A stretch of DNA of 64,000 bases from a virus: the IMG/VR virus record IMGVR_UViG_3300045988_136773; one strand, 5' to 3'. This document shows positions 1 through 9,065 of the stretch, piece by piece. The notes beneath the pieces are model-generated. The model did not search any database. It was not told where the DNA came from and saw only the letters and a list, made by a program, of their open reading frames with translations. Numbering within the stretch: position 1 is the stretch's first letter; the number at the start of each line of letters is the position of its first letter. Both the position numbers and the translations under genes were made by a program.

Positions 1-10
1 TGCTGCTCAG

Positions 11-1348
11 ATGTCGCAGATAAAAGCGGCAGCTGTAAAAAGCAATAATGCTCTAACTGTTCCAGCAAAACGGAAAACAGTGTCTAAGAGCATCACATCA
101 GACCTTGAAGAAATTTCACGAAACGTGGAAGAGTATTTCAAGGATTCTAATGCTATCCTCATTACGTCAAAAGCACAGCTACATGATTACGTTACAGAAC
201 TTATAAAGACTGGCTACGCTGCAATTGATACAGAAACTACAGGTCTGGATCGGTTAAATGACACAATTGTTGGATCATCTTTATACTATCCTGGTGGTGT
301 AGAGTGTTATATTCCAAATAAACACATTGTACCTATTTTTGATGAACCGTATGCAAATCAGCTTACATACGAAGATGTGACAGAAGAATATCAAAGAATA
401 GCAGATAGCGATGTAAGACTGATTTTCGCAAATGCTGATTTCGACCTTGCTATGATCTACAAAGACCTCAAAGTAGATTTTATTAAGAGCTGCTACTATG
501 ATTGTATCACTGCATGGCGCTGTCTGAAGGAAAATGAGAAAGATAACTCATTGAAGGGGTTGTATTGTAAATATGTATTGCGAGGTAAGGGAGATCCGAT
601 GAAATTTCGAGATTTCTTTACGCCTGCACAGTTTCCATATTGTCGTCCTGAAATTGCAAAATTGTACGCTGCACATGATGCTAAGATTACCTATGAGTTA
701 TTTATGTGGCAGTTGCCCTATTTACTGAAAGATAATCCAAAGTGCAAAAAACATGGATTTGAAGCAATTGCAGATTTGGTATGGAATGTAGAATTTCCCA
801 TGATTGCAATTTGTCAGAATATGCACAGACGAGGCATTTATCTGGAAAAGTCGATGGCAAAGATGCTGCATGCGAAGTATATCCCAACACTGGAAAAAGA
901 ACGTAGCAAGCTTCGTGATATGGTTCAGGAATTGATAGATGATCCAAAATATGTTACTAATACCAGATGCCCATTTAATTCAAGCGTTGATTTCAATGAA
1001 TGCTCATCAAAGCATGTTACATGGATTGTGTATGACCTATTACGTCTTGGTGATCCAAAACATAGAGGTACTGATAAATCAATTCTTAGTACATTTAATG
1101 TTCCGGTTGTCAATCAGATATTGAAGTGTCGGAGCTTGGTAACTTTGATTTCTACGTTTGTAGAAAAATTGCCAAATGCAACTTCTCCGGATAGCAGAAT
1201 TCATTGTGAGTTCCGAGCAATAGGAGCTGATACTGGGCGCATGTCATCCAAGTCACCAAACATGCAGAACATTCCTAGTAAGCATAATGATATTCGGCAT
1301 ATGTTCCGTGCAACTCCTGGATATGTACTTTTATCGTCAGACTTCAGT
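11..1348 (+). CDS. polA: DNA polymerase I (family A), exon 1: 3'-5' exonuclease domain plus the N-terminal part of the polymerase domain up to the first half of motif A
   Basis: ExoI motif AIDTETTGLD is present. ORF 11..1366 reads ...GYVLLSSDFS and then LRKVG-stop. The rest of motif A (QQEPKL) is found only at 1712. The frame is open to the window edge, so the true start could lie upstream of nt 11. Confidence 0.85.
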
Positions 1349-1711
1349 TTACGGAAAGTTGGCTGAAGTAAAACTCTGTTAATTCGGGGAATGCCTATGA
1401 GATGTGGTTCACTTATGGGTTAATCCCGAGCAAGGTGCTATAGTACCGTGTGTAGAGATCATCGAAAGCTAGAAATTGACATTTGTAGAAATACATAAAT
1501 ATGAGTTTTCAATCATAGGTCAGTTGAGATAACCAAGTTAGTAGAGTACAGCTCAGGCGAGTTAGTGTTTAGGTGATATTACCCTATTGTAAATCTATTA
1601 AATGGAAATTCAGAGATTTGTGTATATGTGGTAACAGCTATGCACATTTAAGAGTTGATCCGACACCCTTAGTAATAAGGGAAGCGTTTAGCGAACGCAT
1701 AACCGATAAAG
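1349..1711 (+). ncRNA. Group I self-splicing intron without an ORF, inserted in polA motif A
   Basis: P1: exon CUUCAGU (1342-1348) pairs with GCUGAAG (1362-1368), ending in the U1348.G1362 wobble. P10: GUUG (1358-1361) pairs with CAGC (1712-1715). The last intron nucleotide is G1711. A GNRA-capped hairpin lies at 1666-1681 (CCCUUA GUAA UAAGGG). Joining 1348 to 1712 restores an in-frame SSDFS|QQEPKL. Confidence 0.8.
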
Positions 1712-3928
1712 CAGCAAGAACCAAAATTGACCGCATTTGTCAGTCAGGACGAAAATATGATCCGGTCTTTTCAGGAGAACAAGGATATTTATAGTTTCAT
1801 TGCGTCTATCGCATTTAATATGAGCTATGAAGATTGCCTTGAATTCAATCCTACTACCGGAGCTTATCAACCAGAAGGAAAAGCAAGACGTTCAGAATCT
1901 AAAAGTGTGGTACTTGGAATTTTATATGGACGTTCTATTAACACGATTGCAGACCAGCTATATAGTCATATGGATTGGTCTGATGAGAAGAAATTAAAAC
2001 AAGCACAGTATGTGTACGACTCAGTTCTGAATGCGTTTCCTGCACTCCGGAAACTGATGATTAATGCACAGAGATGCGCAAAAGAAAAGGGGTATGTTGA
2101 AACCATCCTTGGAAGAAGGCGGCATATTCCAGAAATGCAACTTCCAGAATTTGAATTTAAACCTTTGAAGGGTTATGTGAATCCGGACATTGATCCACTT
2201 GATGCGTCTACTTTGGATGTAACAGATGACATTCCAGATAGAGTAAAAGTCGCATTATATCGTGAATTAAAGTCTTATAAGTATTTTGGACAAGTTGCAA
2301 AACGTATCAGAGCACTTGCCGAAGAAGATCATATCAAGGTTATTAATAATAACCGCAAAATTGCTGATGGATCGAGACAGTGTGTAAACTGTGTTGATAC
2401 TGAGACAGAGATACTGACAACTTCCGGTTGGAAACGATACAATCAAGTTTCTGTAGGAGATTCTATTTTGAGTTATTCTATGAATCTGAATTGCATCACA
2501 CATGATAAAGTACAAGCAGTGCATATTTACCCCGGTGAACATGAAGTATTTGAGTTTAAGTCAAACGCATTCTCTGCGGTTTCCACTCCAAATCACAGAT
2601 GGGTTTGTCAAGCTGGGAATAAGGGGGCAAAGTTTGTTACTACAGAACACATCATGAATATTAAATGGGTTGATCCACCTATATTGCGGATGAGCGATAA
2701 CAATATTCCAGAATCATCATATAGCGATGATTTTATAAAATTGATTGGCTGGATTGCAACTGATGGGACCATTTCATCTAAGCATTATTGTGTAAGATTG
2801 TATCAAGACACTAAACGTGCTAAAGGTGCAGGTGTTTATCAAGATATGATTTCTGTGTTGCACCGTTTAGGTATCAAGTATACTGATAATGTTAGAAATA
2901 ACACTTATCATGATATATATTTGTATAAATGTGATGTGACACTGGATGTTTTAAATTTGCTAGAAAACCGAACATTGAAATATGAGTTTGTTTCAAGTTT
3001 ATCTGAACGGCAAGCAAATATTTTAATTAGTGCTATGATTCAGGGTGATGGTTGGACGAGTGGTAGTCAAACTTGCTATACTTGCAATTCTGCTGAAAAA
3101 GCTGATATATTTCAGTATTTGTGTGTGATTGGGGGTCATGTATCTCATATGTATAAAATCGATCCTACTGAATCATCTATTCACTATGGGAATGTTTCCA
3201 ATCCATCAGGGTATATAAATACAAAAAATCCGTATTATCTTGTTTATATAAATAAACGTAAACGAGCTCATATATATCCAGATCATAAATCTGCATCAGT
3301 GGTTGATACCGTTTGGTGCGTTACAACTGGAAATGGTACTTGGATTGCTCGACGAAATGGTAGTGTGTATATCACAGGAAACTCAATTATTCAAGGAAGT
3401 GCTGCTGATTTAACAAAATTAGCCATGCTGAAAGTAGAGAATAACCCAGAATGGAATAAGATTGGTGGTAGAGTCCTTGTTCCAGTTCATGATGAGCTGA
3501 TTGCAGAAGTTCCTATCGACAAGTGGAAAGAGGGTGGAGAGATTTTGAGTAGTTCTATGTGCTCTGCTGCAAATTTCCTACCATTTTCCATCAAATGTGA
3601 TGTCACAACAACATATCGCTGGTATGGTCTGGAATATCCATGTCGCTATAAACAGCCATTCACTGTACACCCTACAGAGAAGGATGAAATCGCCTGGATT
3701 CAGTATCATCTATTTGAAGTTGGGTATGATCTTCCTGTGTATAAAACAGCAGATGGGGGAAAGCCTGAAGGTGATGAAGCCCTTGGGGTAAATGGTGTAT
3801 GGAGTGACACCGTAGAATCCGATATGTTAGACTATTGCAATCGTTATAATATTACAGAGGGTGAGTTCCTAGAACACATCCATACAAAAGTGCATACTGG
3901 ATATGCACCCGGTGAAAAACACGTATAA
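1712..3928 (+). CDS. polA: DNA polymerase I (family A), exon 2: polymerase domain, which contains an intein
   Basis: In frame upstream of the listed TTG at 1727 the sequence reads QQEPKLTAFVSQDENMIRSF (motif A continuation). Motif B-like RRSESKSVVLGILYG and motif C LVPVHDELIAEVP are present. The QGSAAD box is split by the intein. Confidence 0.85.
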   Translation, partial: QQEPKLTAFVSQDENMIRSFQENKDIYSFIASIAFNMSYEDCLEFNPTTGAYQPEGKARRSESKSVVLGILYGRSINTIADQLYSHMDWSDEKKLKQAQYVYDSVLNAFPALRKLMINAQRCAKEKGYVETILGRRRHIPEMQLPEFEFKPLKGYVNPDIDPLDASTLDVTDDIPDRVKVALYRELKSYKYFGQVAKRIRALAEEDHIKVINNNRKIADGSRQCVNCVDTETEILTTSGWKRYNQVSVGDSILSYSMNLNCITHDKVQAVHIYPGEHEVFEFKSNAFSAVSTPNHRWVCQAGNKGAKFVTTEHIMNIKWVDPPILRMSDNNIPESSYSDDFIKLIGWIATDGTISSKHYCVRLYQDTKRAKGAGVYQDMISVLHRLGIKYTDNVRNNTYHDIYLYKCDVTLDVLNLLENRTLKYEFVSSLSERQANILISAMIQGDGWTSGSQTCYTCNSAEKADIFQYLCVIGGHVSHMYKIDPTESSIHYGNVSNPSGYINTKNPYYLVYINKRKRAHIYPDHKSASVVDTVWCVTTGNGTWIARRNGSVYITGNSIIQGSAADLTKLAMLKVENNPEWNKIGGRVLVPVHDELIAEVPIDKWKEGGEILSSSMCSAANFLPFSIKCDVTTTYRWYGLEYPCRYKQPFTVHPTEKDEIAWIQYHLFEVGYDLPVYKTADGGKPEGDEALGVNGVWSDTVESDMLDYCNRYNITEGEFLEHIHTKVHTGYAPGEKHV
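2390..3382 (+). mobile_element. Intein (331 aa) with a LAGLIDADG homing-endonuclease domain inside polA
   Basis: The extein junction reads ...GSRQCVN | CVDTETEILTT...VYITGN | SIIQGSAADL. It has an N-terminal Cys, block B STPNHRW (TxxH), a terminal Asn followed by a +1 Ser, and two LAGLIDADG motifs (LIGWIATDGTI and ISAMIQGDGW). Removing it restores the RQCVN-SIIQGSAAD polymerase box. Confidence 0.8.
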
Positions 3929-3948
3929 CTTAGGAGGTTTGTTTTATC

Positions 3949-5052
3949 ATGAAGTTTTCCGTAAGTACAAAGCCACTGATTAGTGGTGTAAATCTGGCTA
4001 TTGTAGATGCCAATATCACAAGATACTATCCGAAAAGCAGTGTTGTATACATTTCAGCGTCCAATACAACACTGACAATTCATCACGATGGTGAATTTGT
4101 GTCTACCAGCATCAATTTTAAGGGATCTGGCGATGGTGCTGATTCATCTGTATATGTGGATGCAGCTTTATTCAAAAAGCTTGTAGGAACACTTTCTGGT
4201 TCAGATCGAGTTGTGTTTGAATTCACAGGAGACTGCCTTATTCTGCATAGCGGCAGTTCTAAGTATATGCTTCAAAAGGCAGCATCTACGATGGATTTCA
4301 TTCCGAATGTTATTTCAGAGATTACAAGTGCAGAACTTGATAAGGCAATTACTATTGATGTTTCTGACTGGAAAGCAATCAAATCTAGTCAGTTGTATGT
4401 GAAGTCTGACGCGTCCAGTAATGTACTTTATACACTTGTTTATGTTTCTTCTGATGGTGATGCACTTGTTTGCGATATGGATAACAGTCTGCTTACACAC
4501 AGTTCCATTTCTGGAATTGAAGAAACATGTATGATTCAGGATACAGTTGTAAATGTTCTGGCTAGCATTACATCTGGTGTACTTGTAAAGCGTGATGACA
4601 AATTTGTAGTGGCATCTATTACAGATGCGTATGAATGCCTTGCAAGTTTTGCACCAATTTATGAATCCGACGAAGTTGGCAGCTATAATGCTGATATGAT
4701 TATTGGTTTGATGCAGTCTAATAATGATACAAGCATGCTTGCAAAAACTGCTGATTTGAAAAAGGCAATGTCTCAGGCATCGATGCTTGCTCCAAGAGGT
4801 TACACAATCAATTGTGATTTCACTGGGGAGTACATCGATTTTAAGACACCTACTATGGAATGTAAGATTCCTGTTGTAAATGGTCCAGTGAATTCATACA
4901 CACTGAAGTTTAATCCAGACTTGTTTGGTAAAGTGGTATCTCACCTTCCAAGTGATGATGTTACAATCCGACCTACATATAATGGAGATGAAATTGTTGG
5001 AATTACCTGCGAGTGTGATTATCTCACAGTTGTTCTTGGAGCGTGTGAGTGA
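3949..5052 (+). CDS. dnaN: DNA polymerase sliding clamp, bacterial beta-clamp (DnaN)-like
   Basis: The 367 aa length is typical of a beta clamp. The N-terminus MKFSVSTKPLISGVNLAI resembles the DnaN start MKF(T/S)v.r..L. A strong RBS (AGGAGG) precedes it, and it sits next to the polymerase and clamp-loader genes. Confidence 0.5.
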   Translation: MKFSVSTKPLISGVNLAIVDANITRYYPKSSVVYISASNTTLTIHHDGEFVSTSINFKGSGDGADSSVYVDAALFKKLVGTLSGSDRVVFEFTGDCLILHSGSSKYMLQKAASTMDFIPNVISEITSAELDKAITIDVSDWKAIKSSQLYVKSDASSNVLYTLVYVSSDGDALVCDMDNSLLTHSSISGIEETCMIQDTVVNVLASITSGVLVKRDDKFVVASITDAYECLASFAPIYESDEVGSYNADMIIGLMQSNNDTSMLAKTADLKKAMSQASMLAPRGYTINCDFTGEYIDFKTPTMECKIPVVNGPVNSYTLKFNPDLFGKVVSHLPSDDVTIRPTYNGDEIVGITCECDYLTVVLGACE

Positions 5053-5825
5053 TGGGCTTTAAGACCGCTAACATGGCGGCGGTTGTCCGATTTAATTCTG
5101 CCAATAGCAGCAACTTTTTGGATGCTTACGAGATGTATCTGCATGACACTGTACAGAGCAGTCTTAATAGACCTAAATCGAGGACATTTGCACCGTCCAG
5201 CTTTCGATGTGCTAGGAAGAATTGGTTTCGGTTGCGTGGAACAACTCCTGATGTTGTTCAGGTTCCAGATTTAAGCCTACAGCACACAGCAGAGGTTGGA
5301 ACTGCTAGACATACTGCAATTCAATCAAAGTTATCTAAAATGCTTGGACAAGACTGGATTGATGTAGAAACATATCTTTCTGGCATTCCAGATTATCCAT
5401 ATGACTACACCATTCAAAAAGCTGGATTTGAATCTAGAATATCTATTCAATATCCACCGATTAAATTTGCGTGTGATGGTATTGTTCGGTGGAACAACAA
5501 ACTATATCTTCTGGAGATCAAAACTTCAGAGTATAATAGTTGGGAAGAATTGACAGATCCAAAATCAGTGCATATGGATCAGGTGATGTGCTATAGTACA
5601 TTACTACAACTTCCAGATGTCTTAATGCTTTATGAAGATAGACAATATGGTGGTATGAAATGCTACGAAGAACATTTCAGCATTGATGATATGATACATG
5701 TGAAAAACAAATTTGATTATATCATGGAGATGGTTGACCACAATCTAGCTCCAGAGAAACTACCGCATGCTGATTATATGTGTAGAAATTGCGAGTATCA
5801 AAAGAAATGCACAGAGTGGGGGTGA
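5049..5825 (+). CDS. Cas4/RecB-like PD-(D/E)XK exonuclease with a 4-Cys (Fe-S) signature
   Basis: N-terminal Cys in SSFRCARKNWF, C-terminal CRNCEYQKKC (CxxCx5C), and a nuclease core DG...LYLLEIKTSE. The start (GTG 5049 or ATG 5052) overlaps the upstream stop. Confidence 0.65.
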   Translation: MMGFKTANMAAVVRFNSANSSNFLDAYEMYLHDTVQSSLNRPKSRTFAPSSFRCARKNWFRLRGTTPDVVQVPDLSLQHTAEVGTARHTAIQSKLSKMLGQDWIDVETYLSGIPDYPYDYTIQKAGFESRISIQYPPIKFACDGIVRWNNKLYLLEIKTSEYNSWEELTDPKSVHMDQVMCYSTLLQLPDVLMLYEDRQYGGMKCYEEHFSIDDMIHVKNKFDYIMEMVDHNLAPEKLPHADYMCRNCEYQKKCTEWG

Positions 5826-5829
5826 TACT

Positions 5830-6861
5830 TTGTCATTAGCAAATAAATATAGACCTACATCATGGGATGATGTTGTAGCACAGCCATTTGTTGTGGATAT
5901 GCTAAGAAACATATGCTGTCATGAATTATCAAACAGAAACTTTCTGTTGATAGGTCCTGCTGGTACAGGTAAAACTACTATGGCTCGTATTATCGCATCA
6001 TCATTGAATGGCGAAGATGGTAATGTCATTGAACTGGATGCTGCGTCAAATAATGGTGTTGATATCATTCGAGACCTTATTCAACAAGCAAAGTTGTACC
6101 CAGTAGGGCAAAAGTACAAGGTGTTCATTATAGATGAATGCCATTCATTGACAAATTCAAGTTGGCAAGCACTTCTCAAAACCATTGAGGATGTACCAGC
6201 CATGAGCATTTTTATTTTTTGTACAACAAATCCGGAAAAAATTCCGGAAACTATATTGTCACGAGTTCAGACATTTCAGCTATCAAAATTAAGCGTAACT
6301 GAAATTAAGGATCGTCTTGAATATGTTATCTCCAGAGAAAATTCAGATTCTTCTAATATCACATATACAGAGGATGCAATTTCCTATATTGCAAAACTTG
6401 CAAATGGTGGTATGCGAGACGCACTTACGCTCCTTGATAAAGCATTGACTTACAGCAATAATATTACATCAGAATCTTTGTCTATTGCTTTAGGGCTTCC
6501 AGACTATGATGATTATTTTGCCTTGCTGAGCGCTATTACAAAGCATGATAATGCAAAGATAACATCAATGATTAATCATGTCTATAATAGCGGCAAGAAT
6601 TTTGTAAAGTGGTTTGAATCATTTCATTCATTTGTTATGAACATTGTAAAATATGTGTTCATGCAAGATATTGATGCTACGATGATACCATCTCACTATG
6701 CTGATAAAATATCTTTGTATACAACTGCTCATGCATCAGTATGTTTGAAGCTCTCAAACATCCTTATTAAGATGCTTCGAGAACTTAGAACTACTTCATA
6801 TCAGCAGGAAATTGCATTAACATTTCTCTGTATGCCACCAAGGAAGAAGGCGAGTGGATGA
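5830..6861 (+). CDS. dnaX: Clamp-loader ATPase, DNA polymerase III gamma/tau (DnaX)-like AAA+
   Basis: LANKYRPTSWDDVVAQ, Walker A GPAGTGKTT, Walker B FIIDECH, and sensor SRVQTFQL. The likely start is TTG 5830, just after the upstream stop at 5825. The listed ORF start at 5767 would overlap the upstream gene. Confidence 0.8.
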   Translation: MSLANKYRPTSWDDVVAQPFVVDMLRNICCHELSNRNFLLIGPAGTGKTTMARIIASSLNGEDGNVIELDAASNNGVDIIRDLIQQAKLYPVGQKYKVFIIDECHSLTNSSWQALLKTIEDVPAMSIFIFCTTNPEKIPETILSRVQTFQLSKLSVTEIKDRLEYVISRENSDSSNITYTEDAISYIAKLANGGMRDALTLLDKALTYSNNITSESLSIALGLPDYDDYFALLSAITKHDNAKITSMINHVYNSGKNFVKWFESFHSFVMNIVKYVFMQDIDATMIPSHYADKISLYTTAHASVCLKLSNILIKMLRELRTTSYQQEIALTFLCMPPRKKASG

Positions 6862-7397
6862 TTGATTTAAATTCTGTGATGTCTGAGAACACTAAGGATA
6901 TTGAATCAGTTGTGTCATGGTGTAGTGAGATTTATGATGAGAAATTCGCTGAATATTTTTTAAATGCACGAGTTTTATTTGAACGTGTGCAATCAAAAAC
7001 ACATCCGATTACAGACGATGAACTTAGCCAGATTTTAATTGATTTACCAATGAAACTGTTTGATGTTTCAGAGGTTTTGAATCAGTTTCGGCTCAGTTAT
7101 GAGGTTGTAAAGCTTAGAAATAAGCAAAAAGAATCGGATTTGATAAAATCATCATCTGAAACTACTGCACCAAAACGAAAATCTGACGCAGAGTTACAAA
7201 TGATTCCTGATAAGTTGCTTGTAACTGCATTTGATTCTGTGATTACACGAGTAGAGAATGAAATTTCATTCTGTCGTGAGTTGATTATGAGTTCAAAGAA
7301 GATTTGGGATGCAAGACGAAAGACAGAACAAGTGAATCCAATAAGTGAAGTGTCAGATCTTCCAGACTATAATGTAAAGTCCTATATCAAGGGGTGA
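6858..7397 (+). CDS. hypothetical protein (179 aa)
   Basis: ATGA overlap with dnaX and a stop immediately before recA. No motif recognised. Confidence 0.55.
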   Translation: MIDLNSVMSENTKDIESVVSWCSEIYDEKFAEYFLNARVLFERVQSKTHPITDDELSQILIDLPMKLFDVSEVLNQFRLSYEVVKLRNKQKESDLIKSSSETTAPKRKSDAELQMIPDKLLVTAFDSVITRVENEISFCRELIMSSKKIWDARRKTEQVNPISEVSDLPDYNVKSYIKG

Positions 7398-7402
7398 TTT
7401 TC

Positions 7403-8596
7403 ATGACATTTGATGACATTATCAACAAAAAGAAAAAAGAGTGGAATTGTAGTGACTTGATGAATACTGCTAACATTACACATGGTGAAAAATTACCGTT
7501 TTCATCACCATTAATGAACTGGTGTACATATGGTGGTATTCCTCGTGATAAAATTACTGAGTTTTTTGGTGAATTTAGTGGTGGAAAAACTACCACTGCT
7601 GTTGATATTTGCAAAAATGCAATTGAGATATTCAAACAAGAATATATGGAGCATATTGAGCTATTAAGTTCTAGAATTACATCTGGAGATAAGTCTGCTC
7701 GCTCTGAATTGGAAGATTTTGAATGTGTTGGACCTAAAAAAGTGACATATATTGATTTAGAGCATACGTTTGATCTTGATTGGTCTGAAAAATTAGGTAT
7801 TGCACATACTGATATCAAACTTATGCAACCACCTGATGTTCCGGCAGAGGATATACTTCAAACTATAGAGGATTTGATTTGTACTGGTGAAATTGGACTT
7901 CTTGTACTGGATTCTATTCCATCTTTGGTTACAGGAAAAGAACTTGAAAAGAAATATGGAGAGCGAACTGTAGCTCCTTTGGCCGGATTACTAACCATAT
8001 TCTTTAGAAAAATTGTTCCTAAACTATCAAGATATCATTGTACACTGCTTACAATTAATCAAATTCGAGATAACCTTGATAATCCATATGTAGTGAATAC
8101 ACCTGGTGGTAAAGCCGCAAAATTTTACGCTGGTCTGCGAGTTCAGTTCCGAATCGGAGCTCCTGTCGATTTTCTTGGAAATGAACTTCCTACAAAAACT
8201 GAGAATCCAGCAGGATATATTATCAATGCTAAAATTGTTAAGCAGAAAACTGCACCTTATGACCGAAAGCAGGGAAGTTACTTTTTGATGTGCCAGTCTG
8301 GTATTCGGCCAGACTTCGACTATGCTTCACTTGCAATTAAGCGGTATGGAGTTATCCATAAAGCGGGTGCATGGTTCACAATTTGTGATCCATACACTGG
8401 AGAGGTGCTAGAAACTGCTGATGGTAAACCGATTAAGCTGAATGGATTATCTAAGGTGTATGAGTATCTGGCAACCAATACTGAATACTACGAGCGATTA
8501 AAGAAGTTCATTACAGATGACATCAATGGAATCACTACAGATGCAGGAACGGAGGATGAAAATGGATCAGAATCCAACCAAACACTACAGCTGTAA
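7403..8596 (+). CDS. recA: RecA-family recombinase
   Basis: GGIPRDKITEFFGEFSGGKTTTAVD (RecA Walker A context), LLVLDSIPSLV, and INQIRDNL...NTPGGKAAKFYAGLRVQFR (matches the RecA INQIR...GG.ALKFYASVR block). Confidence 0.85.
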   Translation: MTFDDIINKKKKEWNCSDLMNTANITHGEKLPFSSPLMNWCTYGGIPRDKITEFFGEFSGGKTTTAVDICKNAIEIFKQEYMEHIELLSSRITSGDKSARSELEDFECVGPKKVTYIDLEHTFDLDWSEKLGIAHTDIKLMQPPDVPAEDILQTIEDLICTGEIGLLVLDSIPSLVTGKELEKKYGERTVAPLAGLLTIFFRKIVPKLSRYHCTLLTINQIRDNLDNPYVVNTPGGKAAKFYAGLRVQFRIGAPVDFLGNELPTKTENPAGYIINAKIVKQKTAPYDRKQGSYFLMCQSGIRPDFDYASLAIKRYGVIHKAGAWFTICDPYTGEVLETADGKPIKLNGLSKVYEYLATNTEYYERLKKFITDDINGITTDAGTEDENGSESNQTLQL

Positions 8597-9065
8597 ACAG
8601 GAGCATATGATCGCCGAATATTTAGGATGGGATGTTGTACCTGGTAGCGGTGCCAGAGATTTTCATCCAGGCGATATTCGGTCTGACTGCCATTTAGGTG
8701 AGTGCAAAACGCATACAAAGACTGTGAATGACATCAAATTTTACAGCCGCGTTTGGAATAAGATTCAACATGAGGCTGAATCTGAAATGCGTTGCCCCAT
8801 TTTATTTGCCGATAATGGAACCCAGAAAATTGAAAATACATGGTGTATGCTGCCAAAACGATGCGTGAATATACTTACATTGGAGTGTGTTCATAACCCA
8901 GATATTAAGTGCAATAAATCTGGAATTGTCATTAAACACAAGTATATGAAGGACACATTGCATTATTCATATGCTATTATTGTTTCAGACTTTCCAGATG
9001 TATCATATCCGGTTATGATTGTGTCACTTCCGACATTTAAAGGTATTTTGGATGGTGATCTGTAA
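8562..9065 (+). CDS. PD-(D/E)XK nuclease, Hjc-like Holliday-junction resolvase candidate
   Basis: EHMIAEYLGWDVVPGSGARDFHPGDIRSDCHLGECKTH fits an E...SG...GD...ExK layout. GGAGG lies 6 nt upstream of ATG 8562. The 5' end overlaps the recA 3' end. Confidence 0.45.
   Translation: MDQNPTKHYSCKQEHMIAEYLGWDVVPGSGARDFHPGDIRSDCHLGECKTHTKTVNDIKFYSRVWNKIQHEAESEMRCPILFADNGTQKIENTWCMLPKRCVNILTLECVHNPDIKCNKSGIVIKHKYMKDTLHYSYAIIVSDFPDVSYPVMIVSLPTFKGILDGDL

Noticed and set aside
1573-1794. A 73-aa ORF inside the intron as a possible homing endonuclease
   Set aside because: It crosses the 3' splice site into exon 2, has no LAGLIDADG, GIY-YIG, HNH or His-Cys motifs, and is too short. I treat the intron as ORF-less.
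5767-5829. The N-terminal extension of the DnaX-like ORF listed from 5767
   Set aside because: It would overlap the Cas4-like gene by 59 nt. The conserved DnaX N-terminus (LANKYRP) begins right after TTG 5830, which follows the upstream stop.
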